This document shows, in pieces, positions 14,863 to 25,430 of a stretch of 64,000 nucleotides of DNA (position 1 is the stretch's first letter; each line of letters starts with the position of its first letter). Source of the DNA: Podarcis gaigeae (Eukaryota); the NCBI GenBank assembly GCA_964106915.2, contig OZ066920.1; one strand, given 5' to 3'. The position numbers were made by a program, and so were the translations under genes. A model generated the notes under the pieces. The model saw only the letters and a program-made list of their open reading frames with translations. It did not search any database and had not been told where the DNA came from.

Positions 14863-16922
14863 AGGCTGACAATACTGCAATACTATTAACATTTATAAAC
14901 TAGTTGCACAGTTCTAGGATCGTAGCTGAAATAGTTATGCAACTTCATTTAAAATACTGAAAGCAGCAGAAAGACCTCAGCACCAGATCATAACCATTGC
15001 CACCTGATTCATGGGGTTGAGTGTGCCATGAGAATTGGACTTAAGTTGGATTCACAATCTGAGACCTCTACATATACAAAACATGTTTTTGTATGAGCTT
15101 TGGAGACCCACCTTGCTCACCCATCTCATTCATCAGTCACTCTATCCTTGCAGGTTGCTCTTCTTGGCTCAGGCAAACTGACTGTCGGTAAGCATCCCAA
15201 GTGTCTGTGCCAGATGGTGTTTGCAGTGTTGAATACTCTAGAAAAGACACTCCTTTAACAACACCATGCATCTTGACACTTGACATGCCCATAGTGCTGT
15301 CCTCATACAGATGTGGTCCCCAGATACAGGATAATATTGCTCCTGGCATCCATACCTGGAGCCCAGGGCCTGTAAAGATCCATGGATGCCTCTATGTCCT
15401 ACCTTCAGTTTGAACAAACAGAGAGCTGGATCACTCCAGAAATGAACAGCTCAGTACAATGTTGAAACTTACATATGTGTGATCACAGAAGTGTGAATAT
15501 AAATGATAAAATTATATGAATATACAAGATGACGGATACAGAATTTTGTTATAATTCACATTTTAGGGCACTTATTTTCCAGGCTCCAGAAACTATGCGT
15601 GGATACATATTCGTGGATTCAAAAGTTTGATAGAGTAACATGGTAATTAAGCACATGTAAAAAATGTGTTTACTACCATCATCTTTAATCATTCTATTCC
15701 CCACCCCTTGTGCACGTCAGACGACTTGCTCCTTGGAGGAAGAGATTTGTCTATTTTTTGCTTATTTATCTACTTGATTTATACACTACTCTTCAAGCCA
15801 CAGGTTTACAATCAGATCAAATAAAATAAAATAAAATACAATCAATATATAAAATCCATAGACTAGCACAAATTCTTAAATGGAAAACACAGCAACTCAT
15901 AACAATTCAACTAAGTAGCAATTTCCTAATAGCAACAGCAACAGCAAACTAAACACTTTTTTTTTCTAATCAAGTCTCTCTTTCTCTAAACATCACCTGA
16001 AAAAAGTTTGCCTTAACTAACCACCTAAAATTATATTGATATGGGACTAGATGCACCTTAGAAGGGAGGGAGTTTCACATGTGAGGAGCCACCACTGACA
16101 CTGCCCTCCCCTGGAACTTGCACCATCCTGTTTAGAGACCACTAAGAGGGCCTCATCTGCTAAAGCATGGGCAGACTGATATGGAAGAAAGTGGTTTCGC
16201 AGATATTGGGCATCTCTGTAGAGTACCATGTACCCTGATGGTATACCAACAACAATTCTATGCAGATCACATGCTTCGTCAAAGCACTCTCATCTATGCA
16301 TTGGTCTCCAGGTGGCATCACATGATAAAGGAAGCAGCAAGAGAGGAACTGCAATTTATTTCACCCTTCATTTGTCTTTTCTAGTCTAATGCACCAAGGG
16401 AGGGACGTATGAATGTCTTCTGAATGCATGAGCTCTAAAGGCATCTGATTCTGAAACATATCCAACTAACCACGAAACTTAAGAATGTTTGCAAATTGTT
16501 CGCAAATAGTATAACACAAGACATCACCAATGAGTGCTGGAGGACATCTGCAAAAAGTCTCTAAGCATAAAAATATTGATAAGCAAAAGGTTTACAGCCT
16601 AAGGGAGTTTGGAGCATGCATCTGAGAAAGCATGCATTGTAGCTTTCTTTGACTAGAAGGGAATATTAACATGTTGAATTGTATTGCAACCTGGACTGTT
16701 CCATTTTAACATCTATAGTTAGAAGATTTGTTCAAAGGCCATTTTATGTGTCCTCTTCATAGTTTTAACATCACTAACAGCATGATCCAAATGAATGTTT
16801 ACCTGGAGTTAACCCGAGGGACTTACTCCTGGGAGGGTATGTACAGAATTGGAGCCTTGGGGTGCTTCCAGATGGAGGTTTAATATTACAAATGGTTCAC
16901 TGAGATATTGCAAATGGGTCAC

Positions 16923-16990
16923 TGTCAACATTTTTTTAAAAAATGTATTTTTATTAAAGATTTTCTTGGTTTACACATTGTCAACATTTT
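16923..16990 (-). mobile_element. Tiny 5'-truncated poly(A) retro-insertion with TSD
   Basis: tgtcaacatttt duplicated around ~45 bp that read ...ctttAATAAAaatacattttttaaaaaaa on the minus strand. Confidence 0.5.
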
Positions 16991-17800
16991 AAAAAAATAA
17001 TTGGATTGTCCATGGCAACAGTTAAATGTGGCCTGGTGCTGGGACTGTTGGCTATACCCTCACCACTGTATAGCCAGCAAGGTTACCAACAGCCTTATTA
17101 CTGGGATTCTCAGCAGTCTACTGAGAAAAGCAGTTGGTAACCTTTACCATAGCGAAGAAGGAACAGAAAACAGCAAAGTGGGAGAGAAGTAATATCAGGG
17201 CTGTGAGTGACACAACTTCAAAGTTCTGGAAAGCAGTGAGGATGGAGAGAGAGGAAGTAGAGGAGGCTTAATATGTAAATAGGCTGGAAGGGGGAAACAA
17301 CACTATTTAAGCTTGAGGGTTTTAGAAAGGAGAAGAGTTATCGACTTTCTACAGAAAGGAATAAAGAACTCTAAATCAGAGATTGAAACAGAGTACAGAA
17401 GAAACCTGAAAATCACTGATTACCTCTTTAAGGGGAAAAATGCAACACATGAGTTTTTCTCTTATTAAAAAGAACGTGCCAAACTACAGAATTTCATAAC
17501 TACTTGAGACACATTGCACTTTACTAACAAAAAAGGTGAAGGCTAGTGAAAAGTTGAAAGCCACAAATAAGTGGTAAGTTATCATGATATAAAAGAGACA
17601 TAACAGTGTTAGGTGTGCCTATTTTTCAGAAAAGTGTTCATAATTGCTGACAGATGAGACTTGAGTCACAGATATGTCAGACTGAAATCTCAGTATGTGA
17701 CTGTAAAAAGGCCCACTTAAGTCAGAGGGGCCCATATATGCATAAATATGCACAATACAGTAAAAATGTTTATGCGATGTGCAATGAAAATAATTTTTAC

Positions 17801-20221
17801 CTTGTCAATATTCTCCATCTCAGGATGTAAATTGTTTCCTTCATTGCCTGTAAAAGGAACACTAGGTTTCTCACTGCTAACAATATTGTCTGCCATCTGA
17901 ACATTGGGTGTCAGGAAGGCAAACTCGTTCTTCCTGGTCTCAGAAGACAGACACAGCTGGTAGGAATAGGGCAAAGTCCCATCTTCAAAGTTGGGTGGGA
18001 AGATGGCACCATTCTTGGAATGGGGAACAGGACCAAAGCACTGTAGGAACCTGGGATGCCCTGATTGACGGAGCTTCATTGTAATGGCCAGAATCAAAGT
18101 CAAGAGGAACAAGAAGGAGATCACAGCTAAGGCCAGCACCAAGTAGAACTGCAGGTCAGACTGATACTCCGAGCTGCTGGGTTGGCTCTTCATTTCCGGA
18201 AGGGCCTCCTGAAAGTTCTCAGCAAACACCAGGTTCAGAGTCATGGTGGCCGAGAGAGACGGCTGCCCGTTATCCTTCACCATAATGACCAGTCTCTGTT
18301 TCACAGCGTCTCTCTCCACAAAGGCCCTGGCTGTCCTGATCTCTCCAGTATGAGAACCAACCGTGAAGAGTGCCGGCTCAGTGGCCTGAGTGAGGTGGTA
18401 GGAGAGCCAGGCGTTGTGTCCAGAATCTGCATCCACGGCCACCACCTTGGTGACCAGATAATCTGCCTCGGCTGAACGAGGCACCATCTCAAACAAGGCT
18501 GAGCCCTTGGCTTCTTGTGAGGGGGACAGGATACGAGGGCTGTTATCATTCCTGTCAAGAACAAACACCCTGACGCTCACATTGGTGCTGAGAGGGGGAG
18601 AACCCCCATCTTGGGCCTTCACCTGCACCCGAAACTCTCTGAATTGTTCATAGTCAAACGATCTCTGGGCATAGATGGTGCCAGTCTCTGAATTAATGGA
18701 GATATAGGAGGAGATGGGAAGCTCCTCGATGTTGCTGTTGAGGATGGAGTATGTGATCCGTGAGTTCTGGTCCACATCGGGATCAGAGGCTTTGATAGTG
18801 AAAATGGAGGCACCTGAAGGATTGTTTTCTGGCACATAAATAACATATGAAGATTTCTGAAAGGAAGGGGCATTATCATTGATATCCGAAATCTGTAGTG
18901 AGATTGTTTTGTGTGTGGAAAGAGGCGGAGTTCCTTTGTCAGTGGCTGTGATCGTAATATTATATGCAGGAGCTATTTCTCTGTCCAGGAGACTTTCTGT
19001 CTGGAGTTTGAAGTAGTTGTTAGATGAGGGGACAATCTTGAAGGGCTGATTGTTTTTCAAATAACAGCTAACCTTTCCATTCTCACCAGTGTCTTTGTCT
19101 TTTACATTGATCAGAGCAATTAAGGTTCCAGACACAGAATCTTCTGGGACTGGACTAAACAAGGAGACCAGAGTTACCTCTGGGTAATTGTCATTCTCAT
19201 CAAGAACTTGTATTTCTACTTTACAGTATGTTACTAATCCACCTCCATCTTTTGCTGCGACTGTCATAGTATAGTCTCTGGTTTCCTCAAAGTCTAATGG
19301 GCTCGTAAGAGTGATTGTGCCATTACTAGAATGCAAGTTGAATTTCCGTTGAGCACTTTTTTGTATGTTGCTGAAGTGGTAACTAATTTTGGCATTTCTA
19401 CCTTCATCTTTATCAGAGGCTAAAATCTGGAGCACAAGGGAGCCAACAGGAGCATTTTCCTTCAGACTGACCTTGTAAACCTCTTGGGTGAAGATAGGTG
19501 GGTTGTCATTAGCATCTGTGACATTAATCCATATGTGGGCAGTTCCAGTCTTCCTAGGTTCACCACCATCCAAGGCTGTGAGGATCAAGTGAATGGTCTG
19601 TTCACTTTCCCGATCTAGTGGTTTCTGAAGCACTAAGTCTGCAAATTTATTTCCATCCTGACTCTCTTTAACATCAAGGCTGAAATATGGATTGGGGCTG
19701 AGATGGTAATTCTGAAGAGAATTTGTCCCAATGTCAGGATCTTCAGCTTCTCCGAGGAGAAATCGTGTGCCTGGTACAGTAAGTTCACTTGTCTCCAAGT
19801 TGATTTTTCCATTGAAAAACTGTGGTGCATTATCATTAATGTCCTGGATTGCTATTGTTATATGGAAAATATTCAAGGGGCTTTCAATTACCATCTCAAA
19901 ATTAATAAAGCAAAGCGGTTTTTTGCCACATATTCCCTCCCGGTCTATCCTGTCATTTACATAGAGGTTTCCATTCTCTGCATTCATAGTGAAATATTTC
20001 ATTTCATCCACTGAGACAGCATGCATGTTGCGTTTCCCTAGTTCTTTGCCATTTAGTCCCAAATCCTTGGCAATATTCCCCACAACTGAACCCTTAGCCA
20101 TTTCCTCAGGAACTGAATAATGAATCTGCTCTGAAGCAGCCCAGCAGGAGGGCAAGAATATTAAGAGAAGCTGTACTTGCCTTGTGAGTGCCCTGCCATT
20201 CTTCTTGTGTCTTCTCTCCAT
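17801..20221 (-). CDS. PCDHGB: Protocadherin gamma-B-like variable exon V4 (subtype X)
   Basis: 834-aa ORF 17717..20221, six EC repeats + TM; donor AAG|GTAAAA at 17801/17800. Confidence 0.95.
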
Positions 20222-20464
20222 TTGGCTCTGTGAAAAATCAGCTGTTTCCTTTTTTTAAGAACCAGATCAAATTTTCACCAGTATGCACTAAGTCTCCATA
20301 AAAAAGAATAAACTGTCTTTCTCTTTAATTTGTAAAAATCATTTTTGTATTTTCTTTATGTCAGCAGCAATACCTTCTCTCTGTTCCCTGATCTGCACAG
20401 CACTAAAGAAGTAAGCTCACTGTAGAAAGGATCAGTGTATTTCCATCACTGTATGGCTACTAGA

Positions 20465-20506
20465 TTGGCCAACAGCGGCACTGTGAGGTTCAGCAGGAGA
20501 ACTGCA
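20465..20506 (-). promoter_or_regulatory. CSE/CTCF-type promoter element of V4 (CGCT core)
   Basis: ttggccaacagcggcactgtgagg...gagaactgca. Confidence 0.82.
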
Positions 20507-21149
20507 AGGGATGTTTTCAACCTTTCAATTTAAGAGACAATGCAACGTGGATGTAACATAATTATAGTTTTATTCAGTAGGGAAAACATGCAACTGGAAG
20601 TTTACACAGGAGCTATTTCTATTGAATTTTGACTTGAGCTGAATATTTGGGAATCTTTGTTTTGGTTTTGGAATCAATAACACTTCAAACCTTTCCATTT
20701 GCCTGGGTAAATGGCTTGCAATGTAACAAAGGATTCTTTTCTTGGAATCTTGGAAATAATATTATCAAAGTTACAATCCTGAGCGCCAGAATTTCAACAG
20801 TCTCAACATTGGAATCTCAACAGTCTCAACATTGTCATCTCAGGTTATATATATATATTTAATCTCCTGTTTCCACTTAAAAAAATCTTGGGAAGTTTAG
20901 TATATTTCCATGATAATGTCAAAACATAAAAACAATTTCCGCCCAACCACAGATCTCTTGCAGAACTTTCTCACTCCTTCCTTAGGAGAAAGGCTTGATG
21001 AGCGAGGGAGAAGAATTCTCCAAAAGGACTCCAAAGATGTCTCATCCCAGCCAATGAAGGGAATCCCTATGCAGCTGGCAGCACTTGTGCTCTCCCACTC
21101 TTTCTGAAGATCTTACAGGCATGATCAGTCCCTGCTGGGGCTATGTAGG

Positions 21150-21198
<49 letters not shown>
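21150..21198. repeat. (ATT)n microsatellite
   Basis: Direct reading. Confidence 0.95.
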
Positions 21199-21201
<3 letters not shown>

Positions 21202-22932
21202 AGGCTCTCTGACAGGGCAATTTTTATCTACTGCCAAGTTGGGAGTGGCAAGTTAACAATCTGGCTTTGTCAAGGTACTTAGGTCCTAACTAGGTGGTAG
21301 AACAGGCAGGATCAGGGCAGAGGGCAGAGAGTAGGCTGGTGAACACACTGAGAAATCAAGGTAGTGAAAAGACGTTTCCCCAAACCATTCATTGAAGGGT
21401 TACTGATTAAAGGAGATCTGGGACTGAGAGTATCTTGAGGCCTGCTTGCATATGCTAGCCTGCTGTCTGGCCTGGAGGTGGGTGACACTAGCAACAAAAT
21501 ATTAATATATAAGGGCAATAAAAAGCCAAGAACACATATTATACTCTTGCTCTTCAGGTCAAAGGGAGGCAGCAGGAGATGGTTTCTTAAAGTCTCATCT
21601 AAGTGGAAGAGAACTCCTCACTGGAGGTACAGAAAGTAAGACAACTAAGTAGGGATGGAAGACACAGATCAGTCGCTAACAATGTTGTGGCTTTAGTTTA
21701 TCCCATTTATGTGTCTTGCACCTTTATTCTGGGATCCACAGTTCCAAGAGAGGAGCCACTGCAAAAAGTATAAGACTCAAACTAATTTCAGGAAGAAATG
21801 AAGCCATTGCTTAGAAAAGAGAATTATTATACTGTTTTACCGCATTGAAGGTTTTTGGTTTCTTTCAGTTTCTGTAAGCTATAGTCAAGATTTTATATGA
21901 CAAACTTCCATGCATTCATCTATTTTGTTCACTTTCATTTTGTTCATTTGTAATGTGTGGATACTGCATATAGGATGTGGATGTTATTGTCTGATGTCAG
22001 AAGCTATTAAGAACATTATGGACAGGTTATTCGTTATTTAAGTACTATCATCATCATCAACAACAACATTATCAGTATTAGTGTAATCTTAATGAACTGA
22101 TTCATATGATTTCACTGAGGGCTCTTTTTTTGCATTTTTAGACTTTTAAATTGCAAGCTGCTTTGAGGGCATAGCCATAAATCATAAATAAAATAACCAG
22201 GCAGAGGCTTTTCAAAACAGCAAATAGTTTTGCACTATTGTGTTCTCTCTGGACATGGGATGTATATACCTTTGTGTTGGTAGCCCTACTTTACTTTTAC
22301 ATTTTTCTTAATTTAAATTATTCTTTCCTGTCCTTTCTAAATTGGTTTTGCTATCCAAATGAAGATACACTAGAATTCATATAGGGGCTGAAGTGTGAGC
22401 TGTGAGATTCCTAGTTCTTCAGTTACAAATTTACTAGGCAGCTTTAGAACTCTGACTTGCAGCCTCTGACAAAACTTGGGACCACACTTTACAGGCTTGC
22501 TCTTGCAGTTGAAAGGCAGATAAAAATGTTTAAAACTAAATACATTTCAGACTACAGACTAAGATAATGTATGTGAACATGTTCTAAATACTTGAAGTAC
22601 TCTCTGGAAATTACTGATACTATGGGAAAAATATATCAGATGTTTTCTCTTTCATAACATCCAATTAGCGATTTCATTCTAAGGCCCCGCATGTTCATAA
22701 TTTTAAGATTACCAAAGCCCCATTCATTTTATTTTGCCCCAAAGAACTACAGGAAAAAAACCTTGGCCTGATTTCTCCTGGAAAATGCCTCCTCCACTCA
22801 ACACATTTTCATAAACACACAAAAACAGAAAACACATAGTTATTTTCCAGTAAAATGAAATATATATATATATATATATATGCAGGTTTTGGTGTCCTCG
22901 GGTGTCTTCCCGTGTAAAAGTTGGGGTGTCTA

Positions 22933-22972
22933 GGCGACGTTTCGACGAGGTCTCACTCGTCATCTTCAGGCT
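22933..22972 (-). ncRNA. Minimal hammerhead ribozyme motif (sense pLTR copy)
   Basis: CUGAAGA-U-GACGAG(UGAGAC)CUCGUC-GAAA-CGUC; 6-bp stem II, palindromic ACGU stem III, only ~2-bp stem I. Confidence 0.7.
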
Positions 22973-24454
22973 GGTGCTTTCGGCTTCTTGTTACTGGAAC
23001 AGAGCGGGATCTCAATGTTTGAGTTCCTATAAATACTGTAGAGGGGGTGTGGTGTCTAGCCTCCAATGTTCTGGGCAGAGAGGAAGTTCCCAGGCTAGTG
23101 TGCCTTTTCTTCTTTTGTTCCTTAATTACTTGAGAGATACCTTGAGTGATTTCTTGAGTGATATCCTGAGTACCACTTAGGTGGGTCATTAGGTGTGGAT
23201 TAGTTGCTAAAGTCTTTGTGTCTTGACCTCTTGAACTTTGTGAAGAGTTTTCCTGAGAAGATGGCTGTATTGCACTTAGTTGTGCTTTGGCTTGGCTTCG
23301 TGTATAGGGGCGAGCTGTGGTTTTGTGGCTTGTGTCAGCCAGATCTGTGTAGGGATTGCAGGGGGGTGCAGCATCCGGAGGTGCCACCATGGATTGGCTA
23401 CTGGATGGTGTCAGTAATTCATCTGTGGAGAGGGTCTGGGTTTGGGTCTGGTGTGGTTGATTGGTGTTGGCGTTCTGTGTGCCTCTGGATCTGGTGTCAG
23501 TTTTTGTGGGGAGGGCTAATTTCCAGATGTCTGGCAAGCGGGATGTGTCGTCACGCTTGTTCATGTTGTGAGGGTGTTTCTCTATCTCGATGGCTTCCAT
23601 GATTATTCTCTTGTGGTGATGTTCCGTGTTAAAGAGCAATTTGGAATCTGCAAAATTAATTTCGTGTCCTGTTTCTTTCATGTGTTGGAAAAGAGAGGAA
23701 GTTTTTTCTTCTTTTTTGACGGCATTCTTGTGTTCTGCGATACGTGCATTTATTCGTCTGTTTGTTTGTCCAATGTACGTGGCTGGGCAGACTTTGCAGG
23801 GTATTTCATAGATCCCTTGGTTTTCCAACTGGATTTTATCCTTGGGGTTTCTGAGGATATTGGCTATTTTTTGGTTGGTGCAAAAGGCTGTTTTGATATT
23901 GTGTTTATGGAGGATTTTGCTAATTTTATCTGTAGTGCCCTTGATATAAGGAAGGAGGGCCATGCCATTGTTTTCTTCTGTGTCTTGGTTTTTGGGGGGT
24001 GTTTCCTTTTGGATTAGCTTCGTAATCCTGTTTTGCTGGTATCCATTGGCAATTAACACATTTGAGAGATTCTGTAACTCAGTTGTCAAGTGGTCTTTGT
24101 CAGCCAGGCGTTTGGTTCTGGAGATGAGAGTCTTGGCTACGGAGTTTATTTGTGCAGGGTGGTGGTGTGATTGTGCATGTAAGTAGCGGTTGGTGTGTGT
24201 TTTTTTCTGGTAGATAGTGTGTCCTAGGGAGCCATCAGGTTTTTTGTAGATTAGGACGTCAAGGAAGGGAAGTTGGTTGTTGGCTTCTATTTCCATAGTG
24301 AATTGTATTTTGGGGTGTAAGTTGTTGAGATGTGTGAGGAAGCTATCCAGTTTTTCCTTCCCGTGTGGCCAAATTACAAAGGTGTCGTCAACATATCTGA
24401 GCCAAAGTTTGGGTTTGTGTTCTGACTTGTCTAAAGCATTGGTTTCAAAGTGTT
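22953..24454 (-). CDS. Penelope-like RT (C-terminal part) + GIY-YIG endonuclease, N-terminally truncated
   Basis: Uninterrupted part of the 623-aa ORF from EHFETNALD to PEDDE*. The first ~124 aa of that ORF are antisense pLTR sequence, not RT. Confidence 0.85.
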
Positions 24455-25055
24455 CCTCACAACATGAACAAGCGTGACGACACATCCCGCTTGCCAGACA
24501 TCTGGAAATTAGCCCTCCCCACAAAAACTGACACCAGATCCAGAGGCACACAGAACGCCAACACCAATCAACCACACCAGACCCAAACCCAGACCCTCTC
24601 CACAGATGAATTACTGACACCATCCAGTAGCCAATCCATGGTGGCACCTCCGGATGCTGCACCCCCCTGCAATCCCTACACAGATCTGGCTGACACAAGC
24701 CACAAAACCACAGCTCGCCCCTATACACGAAGCCAAGCCAAAGCACAACTAAGTGCAATACAGCCATCTTCTCAGGAAAACTCTTCACAAAGTTCAAGAG
24801 GTCAAGACACAAAGACTTTAGCAACTAATCCACACCTAATGACCCACCTAAGTGGTACTCAGGATATCACTCAAGAAATCACTCAAGGTATCTCTCAAGT
24901 AATTAAGGAACAAAAGAAGAAAAGGCACACTAGCCTGGGAACTTCCTCTCTGCCCAGAACATTGGAGGCTAGACACCACACCCCCTCTACAGTATTTATA
25001 GGAACTCAAACATTGAGATCCCGCTCTGTTCCAGTAACAAGAAGCCGAAAGCACC

Positions 25056-25095
25056 AGCCTGAAGATGACGAGTGAGACCTCGTCGAAACGTCGCC
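25056..25095 (+). ncRNA. Minimal hammerhead ribozyme motif (inverted pLTR copy)
   Basis: CTGAAGA 25059-25065; stem II 25067-25072/25079-25084; GAAA 25085-25088; GUC cleavage triplet ending at 25092. Confidence 0.7.
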
Positions 25096-25430
25096 TAGAC
25101 ACCCCAACTTTTACACGGGAAGACACCCGAGGACACCAAAACCTGCATTCCTGTACCCGTGAAAATCTACGAAAGCAAATATATATATATATATATATAT
25201 ATATTCATTAAAAGAACCAATTCCAACAGTTTATGAACCAATCAGACTTGAAAGAATACTCAATCAAGTTGAACCAATTAGTTGGCTAAAGGTAGGTTGA
25301 AAAACAATAAATTAAAATACATTAGTTGTATAAAAAAAGATTACGGAATCAGCAACAAAGATTCATAAAAATTTCCATTCTCTAAGCAGCAAGAATGTAT
25401 AATGTAGATACTGCTCAGATTAAAACTCAC

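Larger units (their letters stand above)
22880..25178 (-). mobile_element. Penelope-like retroelement (Poseidon-type), 5'-truncated, with inverted pseudo-LTRs, inserted in (TA)n
   Basis: RT motif WLRYVDDTF, LPFLDV and thumb followed by GIY-YIG endonuclease (GIYEIPCKVCPATYIGQT...EH); 22880-23573 is the reverse complement of 24455-25148; ~30-nt extra tail at 25149-25178; (TA)n on both sides. Confidence 0.93.

Noticed and set aside
24464-25075. 203-aa plus-strand ORF (and the 132-aa and 92-aa mirrored ORFs) as independent genes
   Set aside because: They are by-products of the inverted pLTR duplication of the Penelope-like ORF's 3' end.
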